Assembly (NCBI GenBank): GCA_048013815.1
Contig: CM106585.1
Span: forward strand, 20,274,001-20,338,000
DNA length: 64,000 nt
Direction: 5' to 3'
Source of the DNA: Setoptus koraiensis
Taxonomy: Eukaryota > Animalia > Arthropoda
The position numbers were made by a program, and so were the translations under genes. Below the pieces are notes generated by a model. The model did not search any database. It saw only the letters and a list, made by a program, of their open reading frames with translations, and was not told where the DNA came from. The number at the start of each line of letters is the position of its first letter. Position 1 is the first letter of the stretch. Positions 47,235-58,690 of the stretch are shown piece by piece.

Positions 47235-47744
47235 TTGCGAATTCGGTTGCTAGTCGCTGGCGGCTAGTGTGTGCTCATAATCGCTGCATCGGTTACCCTG
47301 CTCTCTATCCACTGCTTCTTGGCTCATCCACTGCTCCACTGCTCACACTCTCGCAGCGCTGACACAGGCAAGGGCTGTGCCTGTGCTGCCGCGGCCGCCG
47401 CCGCCGAGTTCGTTGGATTTCGGTGCGTGTGTACAAAACGACGTTGTCCGTCTGTGTGAGCGGCCGGCCTCGGCCGTGTGTGCGTGCGTGCAAATGGGAC
47501 TTTTACTATCTATGGATCTGGCAGCCACTTTAAGTGTGTGTGTAACTTGGATGGGGTGTTGCGAGCCAAAACGGCCGCTAGAAAGCACCCGGTTCAGAGC
47601 GCAGCGCACGGCGCTTTTGGACATTATCGAAAAAATAGCCCCTGCCACAGCGGCGCAGCCTTGCCAGCAGAAACGGCGCGTTTAGCTGGAAACACCCGGC
47701 GTGGAACATGATGGAACTTTCTACCATCATTTCTGCCCATCTGC

Positions 47745-47814
47745 ACAGTACACGCTGTACAGTACACGCTGTACAGTGCACACTGTACAGTGCACTCTGT
47801 ACAGTGCACTCTGT
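47745..47814. repeat. Five tandem 14-bp self-complementary units, ACAGT(A/G)CAC(G/A/T)CTGT
   Basis: Direct read of five consecutive units. Confidence 0.92.
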
Positions 47815-49784
47815 ACTGCCATGCGCACAAGGCGCACTGCGAGCGCAGGCCCGGCCGCCTCAGCGGCTTTGCAGTGCAAAGTTTGCACTGCACATTCGCA
47901 CTGCCAATGCACGGAGGGGAGTGCACGCTCGTCGACGGGCAAGGCCACTCCCAGTCGCTGGGGCGCACCGGGGGCACGCTCAAAGGCACACTGCTAGCGG
48001 CCTATCGTCCCTCTGACCCTAGATGGGTATCCCCGAATATGCGCGCCATTCGGGGCTTTTGCAACCGTCGCAGACATTTTGGGTTTGTGCAACTTGCACA
48101 GTGGAAGCCGTGCGCCGAGTGTGAGTCATGTTTGAAAATCCGAATGTGTGTTTTTGATAATGTGAAAATTGTGTGCAACAGCACACACACACACACACAT
48201 GTGCACACTATTCTTTTTGGCGATGCCGCGCCACAGGCACGCCGGGCCGATGCGATGCCATCGTATATAATGGTATAATGATATGATGGTATTATGGTGG
48301 TGCCGTGTGCAGTTTCGGCTGCGTCCACCAGTGCCGCGCTGGGCCCGTCGAGCAACAATTGTTGTTTGGCCGACAACATTGTGTTGGCGAGAAATCAAAA
48401 CGTCGTAAAACAAAAAGCGTCCCTTTCCATTAGCGGAACACTCGGCGTTAGGTGTGCGCGGGTGCGCGCGCCACGCAACAGAACGGGCGCCCCTGGCGGT
48501 GATGCGCCGCATCGAGGCTGCAACATTGACGTTGCACTGATGAAGCATGCAAAAGTCAACCAACGACTCGACTCGCTGCCAGAACAACAAACCAACTGTC
48601 TAACTAATCATAAGCGCCGAATTCACGGAATATTTATTTATATATAATTGTTTGTGTATAAATAATGGAAGTGTGTTCTCGAGCTCGCTGCGAACGCGAT
48701 GATGTTTCGAACGCGACGCTGCGAACGCGACGCTTCGAACGCGCAAGCGAGCGGCTGAGTGAGAACACACATAGATCTGGTTATTATGATATGTTTGCCA
48801 TGGGCAGCCGAGCCGGCTAATGACGACAAGCTGTTGTCGACGGCGATTAAAACAACAAGCCGGCCTGCCCGTCGCCGGCATCTACCTCCCTCGGCGGACT
48901 GGCAGTGCCATTTAAACTTGAATTTGAGCTCGCAATGGCTTCGAACGCAATGGCTGCTGCAACCACCGGCTGCATGCACCATCGGCGGATCGCCGACTGC
49001 CAGCCGAATGAAAAGTTGACGGCGCTCGGCAAAAACATGGAGATCTGCTGTTGAACTTGAATCGACACACAGACAACAACAACAAGTGTTGTGTTCGCTC
49101 AAACTGGGCAGCCAACGACAGTTAACAGCAACAACGAGCCTCCAGTGTGGCTATTATGTAATGTGCGTTCTCTGTGTGTGCCAACAGCAACAGTCGTTGT
49201 TGGCTCCACGAAGGGTTGAAAGAAGCCGGCCGACCTGCGATCATGTTTCAACGGAGCGTCCACATCATCGCTCGATCGGATTCTTTTCTCTCTCTCTCTC
49301 TCTCTCTCTCTTCTCCGGTGAATTCAACTTTCAGGCTGTTGATACGAGTGTCGATATTTCTCTTTCGGTGCGCGACTTTGCAGTTTATAAACTACTGGAC
49401 GCTGCAGCATAGCGAGACGCTAAATGACCATTGGCTTACAGTGTGCAGCGATGATCCGAGCGTTGCCATCGTTGTTCGGCGACGATGCCGGCTCTGACCG
49501 CATTCAACATTGTAGTGATTGCAAGTGAATTGTTGAAGTGGATTATATCGGCAGATAGAGAGAGAGTGAGGGCTCCTTGTGTTTTTTGCAGGCTATTTCA
49601 GTGGCCTGATGAAGGGTTGCCCGCAATGAGACGGCCCGCTTAGTTGGTTAGTTTTGGTGCCGCCGACAACAGCAACGCATCACGACAACAACTGCTGGTG
49701 CTGCCACCAACTCATAAAAACTCATTAAGCCCATAGAATCGCGCCAGTAAATAGCTGGCGATGCTGCCGCCACTGCTGCTGTCC

Positions 49785-49860
49785 GGCTGGCGATTACATA
49801 ACTACGGCTGGCGACTACATAACTACGGCTGGCAACTACATAACTATGGCTGGCGACTAT
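49785..49860. repeat. 21-bp minisatellite GGCTGGCGACTACATAACTAC, about 3.6 copies
   Basis: Direct read. Confidence 0.9.
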
Positions 49861-52800
49861 GGGAATGGGGAAGAAAAAATTTCAAGACAAACACACAGTG
49901 ACGCGACGTCGGCAGCGGAGCTGGCTGATGAAGCCTCGGATTGGATCGGTTCGGATTTAATTCGGGATTCAATTTGATCGAAACAAGTGTCTGCAGCACT
50001 TGCAGTCTAGCTGCACTGAATGCAAACTGGCGGGCGGATTTGATCGGCGGAGCGGGCTGGTTGGAACGGGCGAACGAGCAACAACGCGAGAGTGGCAACA
50101 AAGGGATGGCAATAGTTATGATTGATGTTGAATTTGCAACGTCCATCGACAGCCAATCCGGCAGCCCGAACGGCCGCGCCGGCGCGGCCAAACTGGACAG
50201 CGGCACCGGGCTGGACAGCACAGCAGACACTGGACACAGCTATATAGCAGTAACAAGAGCAACAAGCCGGCACTGCTCTATAAATACTTGAGCGAATCGG
50301 CAAATTCCATTCACGTTTGCCCCTCGCCAACCTGATCGGCAGCCTGGGCACCTGGCCGCCAGGGCGCCGCTACAAACTGTTCGCGGTCGTCGTGGCGGTG
50401 GCGTTAGCGCACACACAGTAGTAATCTGCTGCAAGTGCTGCCAGTGGAATGGCCACTCGTACAATGGCCTCCTTCGGCTTCGGCATGTTTGCTCGTCAGG
50501 TGTGTGCGCCGGCCAGAGAGCGAGAGAGAGAGAGCCATTACGTAACTATGTGTGTGTCGAGTTGCGTCGTCATCGCGTCTCTCGCTGCCTGTCTCTGGCT
50601 TGCAGTGTTGCCTTACTCCCACTCCAACAACAACAGCAACAACATCGGCAGCGACAACAACCGCAACAGCAACATCAATATCAGCAGCAACAACGGCAAC
50701 AGCATCAGCAGCGACAGCAGCAGTGGCAGCCAGCTAAAAAATTCATACTCCATCATGGAGCCGCCGACGCCGCTCGTTTCATCGGCGGCAAGACGCAGCG
50801 CAGGGCCATACGTCACCTGTACAGTGTGTACAGCGTGGCCGGACACGAACAAAACTGTTAGAGTTAGATGGTTGAGCGGTTGAGTCAGATTATTATCTAA
50901 CAATCGGTGGCCGTTGTGCGCTGCAAGCGGCGCCTAATGATCGTTATCGGGCTCGCCTCGAGTAGCTTGCCAGGCGAGCGCATAGCTGCCGACCGGCGGA
51001 CCGACCGACTGAAACACTGGCCCGCCGTCCACTTGCCGGTCAAGTGGTCAAGCTGCCAGTTGCGGCCATACAGTTACATGATAGCTGGCCGGGCCAGGCC
51101 GGGCCATCAAGGCTGCGCCGATGAGAGCCGCTTCTAATCTGATCGGGCTCGCTCGGACCGTTCCTTCCGTTTTGCGCCAAGTGGCCACTTGGCGGTTGCG
51201 AACGGCCCGCTCATTTGCCACAATTCTTCACGCTTATTCGCCCGTTCGCTTCGCGCGTCGGCCGGCCAACGGTCATCTTTTCGTTTTTTTTTTCTCTCTC
51301 TCTCTCTGTCTCTTCGCATTGCTCGCATTATGTTGCTCATCGCTGTCCATCGGCGTCACTTATGCAATGATAGCGGCACGATAGCGGTATATGTATGCAT
51401 ATGCGGATAGCCCTATCAGGGCGATAGGCTATCACACGACGGCATCACCGGCGTCACTGCGCAGCGTAATTACTCGGCAACTGTTAACGGTTTGATCGGT
51501 TGGCGGCTCGTATCATTGCTGCTGCGAGTGTGGTCGCCAGCTCGAATTAATTTCATTTTTGAACTTTGATTTATTTGACTACGAGCCGCGAATCGCGGAC
51601 CTGAGCAGCGCAAATCAATCATCGATTCGGAAGGCAAGCGAGCCGGTTAGCTGGCCAGCGAAACAATTGGGCTCGCGCATTGGCCAACAAATTCGCATTA
51701 TAATTCGCATTCTAATTTGATTAATTCCGCATGATTAATCTGATTGAGATTAATCTCGTCTCGGCGCCACACACACACACACGCACGCATACAAATGAGT
51801 CATTGTGCGACTAGTCGAGACGAACGTTCTCACCTGTGCGCGCTGTCACGACGACATAATTCATCAGATATAATTAAGCTGGGTGTGTGTGTCATTAGCA
51901 ATGGCAGTGCCATACTGGCAGCAGATTACAAGCCAGCGATTGTGCCGTCTATTTTTGCACTAGCGATGCACTCTGATCATTAGCACATAAGTAACTTATG
52001 ATAAGTTAATTGTTAATTGTTTATTGTTTTGTCTTGGCGTCATTGTCGTTGCACCGGCCTGCTCCAGGTGAGCGGGCGCCCGGTGTGTGTGTGTCAGTCG
52101 GACAATTGAGACACTGGCAACGCTTGACGGGCTGCTCACATGTATTGTGTGAGCCACAAACAAACTGTATGCAAATTAACGGTGTCATGCCACTGGCGCC
52201 GGTGACACCGACACCGACACCGAGTCAGACGGCCAACGGCCAATCAAGCCGCTGCAACAATTGATTGCGTCGATAATTACATAATGGCTTTACATGGGTG
52301 AGAGCCGGGCCGTTTATTGTGCCCAGCATCAATGGTTGTTTGAACAACATTTGATCCAATTGAGTGCGCCACAATGACAAAGTCGCCTGGGAATGTGATC
52401 TTATTTCGCCTTGCACCATACACATTATCTTTACTCTCGCTCGCCCTCTACGGCGAGTCTCTCTATGGCTGGCTGGTCGCCGGCGGTTGGATTGTTTCTA
52501 GATTCATGGGTTGATGTGCCAGTGACTCTCGGCTCGGCGCTCAGCTATCATTTTTGATGCAGCCACTCACGGCGACAGTTTGCCCCTTTGAGACTCTCTC
52601 TCTCTCTCTCTCTCTCTCCCTCTCGGTTTGGCCAGCTCGGTTTGGCCAGCTCGGTTTGGACCATGTGCGAAAAGTCAGCAAGTTTAAATGACGCAATCGT
52701 TCGCCACTCAAACTACAACAACCTGTGCGCAAGCAAGCGAGTTCGAAACATCACACAAAGTCACTTAGCTAACACAATATAGCCAAATGGCAATATATCA

Positions 52801-53695
52801 AGCGATATATCAAGCGATATATAAAGCGACATAGCAAAGTAACGCAAAGCCATGCAGCAATGTGAGCGTCACAATGGTGGCCAGCTCGCTTTGTTTGCGT
52901 TCGCAGTGACTTATCTCGACGGCGACACTTGCGCGCCGAGATGATACAACTAATGCTGCATCATGACTAGCTCGCTTGCATACTCTTAGTGCTCTGTCAG
53001 TGCTCTTAGTCGGATTGTCAGCGTACAGATCCGCTATTGATAGCGCCATTGTTGAGCGTCGCCGATATATCGCTGCAATCGCGCAATCCTGTATCTGTAT
53101 CAGATTGGAATTGTGTCATGAGCCGGTGTCATCGCATGTCTTTATTTTATTTCGTTTTCGTTCATTCAAACGCACGGCGCAAGAGATTATCTGTTTGAGT
53201 CGCATCACCAGCCTGACATATCTCTCTGGTGTGTTGTCGCCCGAGCAGTCACATCGTCGCAGCAGTCACATCGTCGCAACTGTCATACGCTCGCAACTGT
53301 CATATCCTCATAAACTGTTATTGCGACTCGGTGCCAGCCGTTGATGGCCCATCAACGGCCGGCAATTTGTTGCAGTTTGTTTGCACTGATACCGTCGTCG
53401 TGCTTGCCGACAACACGCCGACGGATATGAGCGCATATCTGGATTGTGCCCATTTGCTCATGCTCGCCCATTACCATTACAATACATAATTACAATTGCC
53501 GGCACATATTGGGGCAACTCGCACATTTGTTTGGAGCGACCGTTAATAAAGTTTGCAGCGCCTCCATCCGGCCAAGCACCCAGCGGCCGGCCGAGGGGGG
53601 CCATTAAAAAGTGAGACACCCAAGTTGCGGGTCGCCCGGCCGGCCAGAGACAGTTCATTGACCATGGCGCTCGGCGGAGCCCGTAGTGACCCGTG

Positions 53696-53724
53696 GCCCG
53701 GCCTCTGGCTGCCAGAGGCCGGGC
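53696..53724. repeat. Perfect 14-1-14 palindrome
   Basis: GCCCGGCCTCTGGC T GCCAGAGGCCGGGC. Confidence 0.95.
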
Positions 53725-54244
53725 GGGGCCTGTGGTGCGGCATGTGATGCGGCCCGCGTTGCGGCCCCACAACGTCGGCAGTGTCAGCGTTCAGCTCGCT
53801 GTGTGCGTTGCGTCAAAACAATGGACAAAAAGTTTTATTTATTATTGTTATTATTGCCTTTATTATCTAGCAGATTATGCAGCCGTGCCATTAGTATGCC
53901 ATTACAGCGATGGTATGAACGGCAGATAGGCGCATAGGCCACACTGGCGAGCGCACGTTGGATTGCATTACAACAAACAACAATTATTGTTAGTATTAGT
54001 GTTGTTATTTGTGTCTTGGCGCAACTGCGACTAGCTCACTAGCTCGCTGGCTCACTAGCGGCTGGCTGGCTGGTGAGTCACTAGTTTGTTACGACGCAAT
54101 CATCACAAAGCCACTAATGACTGGCGAGCCGTCGCCATAAATAAGGCCCATTCAGCATGCGGTGCGCCAACACGGACAGATCTTGTTGCCGGCGTGCCCA
54201 TGGCCATCGCTGGCGCACCATTGGCCGCCGGGCCAGCATTTCCA

Positions 54245-54364
54245 ATATTTTTCAACATCTCCGATATTTGCAATATCTCCGATATTTGCAATATTTCCGA
54301 TATTTTCAATATTTCCGATATTCGCAACACTTGCGATATTCGCAACACTTGTGATATTTGTGAT
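54245..54364. repeat. Degenerate 18-bp minisatellite GATATTTGCAATATCTCC, about 6-7 copies
   Basis: Direct read; produces the spurious CNISDI repeat ORFs. Confidence 0.88.
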
Positions 54365-56486
54365 AACACATTTGCAACATTTCAGCGGCCGTCAGTCGCT
54401 GAACAGTTTGCACCAACAGTGCGCCGCACTGCGCGCGACACGCAGCGATATTGCGCAACGATCAAAAGTGAATCGCATCAAGTGTGTCGCTGTTGGTCAG
54501 TTTGTGAGCCACTTCCGGTGCCCGCTTTGCGCAATAAACGCGCGGCTGCGCAGCAGTTACGCAACACAATTATTGTTAAATGGCTGCCGTTTGGTGCAAT
54601 AATTGCGTCGAGCGGCAGCCATTGTGCAGCCTGTTAATTAGTCAGCGGCTGCGGCAGCAGGTTCGATGCCGGGTCGTTAATACGCCAGATAGCCAACGAA
54701 CAATGCAAACATAAATCAGCGCCGCACACTGTGTCATGATATCTAATCGAGCTACTTTGTTGTTGTCGTTGTTGTTGCTGTTGCGGCTGTCGTTGTTGTT
54801 GCTGCTGTTGCGGCTGTTGTTGTTGCTGCTGTTGCGGCTGTTGTTGTTGTTGCTGGCGGTGATTATTGTTTTTATGCAACGCACAATGATGATCGCAGCC
54901 ACCTACGTAAATACGTAAAAATATATTTGTTTGTATGTTGCAACCACACTCACACTCTGAAGAGTGCGTATGCCCGACGTATGGTTGCCCAATATCAGGG
55001 CGCATATCGCACATATACGCTAGTTGATGTGTATTTGCGACGCTAATGCAGCAAGTGCAGACGCGCCGAGCCAGAGATTTCTCATATCTCACATTGCATC
55101 TCATGTTTGCCTGTCACTGCAATGTCGTCGTTAGCGATGATAGTTAGTGTGACATGGACACACAGCGACAGAGACAGAGAGACGCAACTCGCCACCAAGC
55201 AAAACAACAGATGGATTGTCGGATTATATTATTATTATTATATTATTGCACGGCTCGCAATTGCGCCGCTCGGATTACCCCAGCCGCCAGCCAGCCAGCC
55301 AGCCACTGCCATCCATCCACTGCCATCCACTGCCAGCCGCCAGCCAGTCTGGCAGCCAGATAGGCGACGGATAGGCAGCGGATAGGCGGCGGATCGGCAG
55401 CCGGAGATTACTCGACGAGCTAGCAGCGAAAGCGGCCAAAACTGGAGCCCGTCGACGCTCCATCAATTGCGCCGACCTTGGCCGGCAAGCACGCGAGCGC
55501 CGCTATGTAACATAATAGCGCCTGGCGTGATCGCTCACAGCGCCGCCGACGCCAGCCTGTTATGCAACGCTCAAACTGCGCTCACCAATCAACAGGTGCC
55601 CGCAAAAAACCACCAAATGCACAACAGGTGAGCCTGGCGCTTGTCATTGGGCTGTCATTTGGGTGGTTAGGTCATTATTACGCCACTGACTCCATCGCAG
55701 CTCCATGGCAGAGTCTGCTGCCGCTGCCAGAGAGTCTGCGGTTCTCGGCCGGCCTACGTTACACACACACACACGCACGCCGTCACTGTCCTGATGCACA
55801 CATATCCCGATGCATCATTGCGCTGTCGTCAGTCGATTGACAATTGTTGTGCTAATTCCATTTAAACAAGCTTGTTATTGTTGTTGTTGGTGCATTGCTG
55901 TTGCCGCTGTCACCGTTGTTTGTGGCTCCGTGCACCGTTGCACCACAAACAGACATTCGCAAGTTGTGAATCACAACAGTGAGTGCTGTCAACAGTCAAT
56001 TGACAATTGTCAGTGGCGCGAATGGTGCACTGCACCCTGCACCACACACACTCTTTATTGCAAGTTGCAATTTGCAACACACACACACACACGCACACTC
56101 TCTAATAGAGAGTCTCTATCGCAACGCACACACACACACACACACTCTTTATTATGGCACACACACACCCGCACGCCCAATTATACGCAATTATGCAATG
56201 TATCGTTATGGTGACATTGAGTTATTGCGAGAGTGATCATCAAACGATAATGTTTTTTATGTTACATGTTACATAATAATGTGTTGTGACCGGCAGTGTC
56301 TATTACTAATAGACTATTAGTGTCTATTTTTGTATTTTTGTTGCTGCCACAAATTGGTGCACTCGTTGCGCAACGAGCGTGTATCTAGCCTAGATGATGT
56401 AGCAATGATTGGTCGCCTACAATTTGTATAGCTAGTAACAGGGATTTACATAACACCATCAGCTGATTGCAGCCAGCCGAACACAG

Positions 56487-56515
56487 GTGAGCACTTTCAC
56501 CGTGAAAGTGCTCAC
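56487..56515. repeat. Perfect 14-1-14 palindrome
   Basis: GTGAGCACTTTCAC C GTGAAAGTGCTCAC. Confidence 0.95.
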
Positions 56516-57026
56516 TTAACGCCACCTGTGCTCACCTGGCCTCAGGTCTCGATAAGATCGAGCCTTCGAACACAACGGGATCATCTCTTGCATCATCTCT
56601 TGCATCATCTCTTGCATCATCTCTCTGCAAAGTGTCCATGGAGCCCGTGTTTGTTGGTGTTGTTTGGCAACCACTTGAGGGATGACTTGACTTGTTGCGT
56701 GCCCGTGTGGGTTTTTTGAGCGTTTGTTGTCAGTGTTGTCGCAAGTGAGTCAGTGAGTCTCGCCGTAACCTGTAACTCACAAGTGCCGTAAGTGAGCGTC
56801 TCGAGAAACTGACGTTCAATCATGGCCATGAGTCAGCCATGTTAGTGATTCACAGGTGACTCAACACTGTTCAGCGTGAACGCCAATTGCGGCTGCGTCA
56901 GTGGCAAGCTGCTTTCTCGACAAACGTTCTGCAAACATAACTAATAGCCAGCAACCTGTTATCAGCAGCAAATGAATACGCAGCTCATTAGCGCCAGCAC
57001 GCAGCGATGGAGCGAGCGAGCAAGCA

Positions 57027-57029
<3 letters not shown>

Positions 57030-57057
<28 letters not shown>
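57030..57057. repeat. (GA)14 microsatellite; related CT tracts near 49288 and 52595
   Basis: Direct read. Confidence 0.93.
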
Positions 57058-57060
<3 letters not shown>

Positions 57061-58293
57061 AACGGAAACAATTGGCAATATCGGTCTTACATGTATTACG
57101 TAATACTGTATAACTGGCATCGTGTGTGTGATTTACGCGCACTATTACAGCACCATTGTAGTACGCATTGTGGCGTGAGTAGTGTGTTAGTTGCATGACT
57201 AGTTGAATGACTGTGAAACACTGCGCGATTCGCCATGAATCGAGGTTACGATCTAGAGTTAAGCCCTAGAGTCGAGCCCGGCGAACAGCGAATTTGAGAA
57301 CTATTTGTGCAATTCGACGAGCGCATTCGATCATGATGATGGCATAAGACGTGACGCAATGATAATTGCTGCCGCTACTCATTGCAATAGTTTGCAAGCT
57401 ATTGCAGATTGTCGAATAGTCAGTGCTATTGGAAATTGTCAGTAGCAGTCCGTGAGTGGCAGTCCGTAAGTGGCAGACATGCTCCAAATGCAGCCAATGG
57501 GGCTCCCGTTCGCGACCCACTCACTAATAGTGAGTCACTATATAATAACTGGTGTATATAATAATAAAAATCTTTTACAGATGCTAACATCTATATAAGA
57601 TGTGTCTACGGTTCAACACGACGAGCAATTGATCGGGGGCCGATTGCTGGAGCTAGCGAGCGAGCGACAGGGGGGCACTAATAAACGACCATTCATACGA
57701 GGGCGAGGCGGGCCGGCATGAGACGAGCTCGGTGTCAAAGTGTCTCGGCAAACAAAGTATCTCATCGTGCCAGTTGCTGCAATTAGCCCATGTGCATACC
57801 GTGCCTTCCGTTGCTCGCTATTCAGCCATTTATCCATTTATCCAGCCAGCCTGCCAGCCCGCCAGTCGTTGAGCCATTAAGCCATTCAGTTATACGCACA
57901 CACATATATAAATTCAGTTATTTTGCAGCCGTATAAAGTATATTTATATATGTTATAGCGAGCGTTAGAGCGAGCGTGATAGATCCATAAATGGCTGCTC
58001 ACTGTGATGAGAGAGTCAGTCGAATTTGTCGCGGCCAACAACAAATACACACAACAACAAATATCTGCTGCCAGCTCGCCAACTCATACGCCAGCACCAA
58101 CACTAAACTAACTGGCACCACAACAAATAAACAGATTACAATGTATAATGAATGATCTTGGCATGAGCGTAAGATTGTTAGCTGGTGTTGTCATTCAGAC
58201 ATTATCATTTTTAGCAAAAATGACTCTAACCTCTGTCTGACACTATCAAGCTATATCACAAATGGCTCGGCTAAGTGACGCCGAGCTGGCTGA

Positions 58294-58297
<4 letters not shown>

Positions 58298-58342
<45 letters not shown>
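58298..58342. repeat. (CTGG)n microsatellite, about 11 copies
   Basis: Direct read. Confidence 0.92.
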
Positions 58343-58343
<1 letters not shown>

Positions 58344-58626
58344 TATCAACCATTGGCTGGCGGTATTTGCAAGCGATACATGCATGCATGCGATTTGCGA
58401 TTTGTGGCACTTGGGCGACATGTGTGGCAACGAGATGCAGCGTTGCGATGCAAATTACAATATTAGATAACGGTTTTATCCTGTTTATTTTGTGTCATTT
58501 TGCGCACAAGTCTCAAGAGCGACCCACAGAGCGACAGAGCCAAACAGCCAGCGACAGAGCCAAACAGCGAGTGAGAGTGGCGGTTTTGAAGCGCATGCTG
58601 GGCGACACCTTTGACCCAATTTAGTA

Positions 58627-58690
58627 ATTCAGTGATTCAGTGACTCGGTGACTCAGTGACTCAGAAATTCAGTGATTCAGTGATTCAAAA
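58627..58690. promoter_or_regulatory. 8-bp tandem array TCAGTGA(C/T) containing adjacent AP-1 consensus sites
   Basis: TGACTCA at 58649 and 58657 among TGATTCA variants. Confidence 0.5.

Noticed and set aside
56487-56515. Pre-miRNA interpretation of the palindrome
   Set aside because: The stem is about 16 bp with a 1-nt centre, too short for Drosha/Dicer geometry; no conserved arthropod miRNA was recognised by eye in the window.
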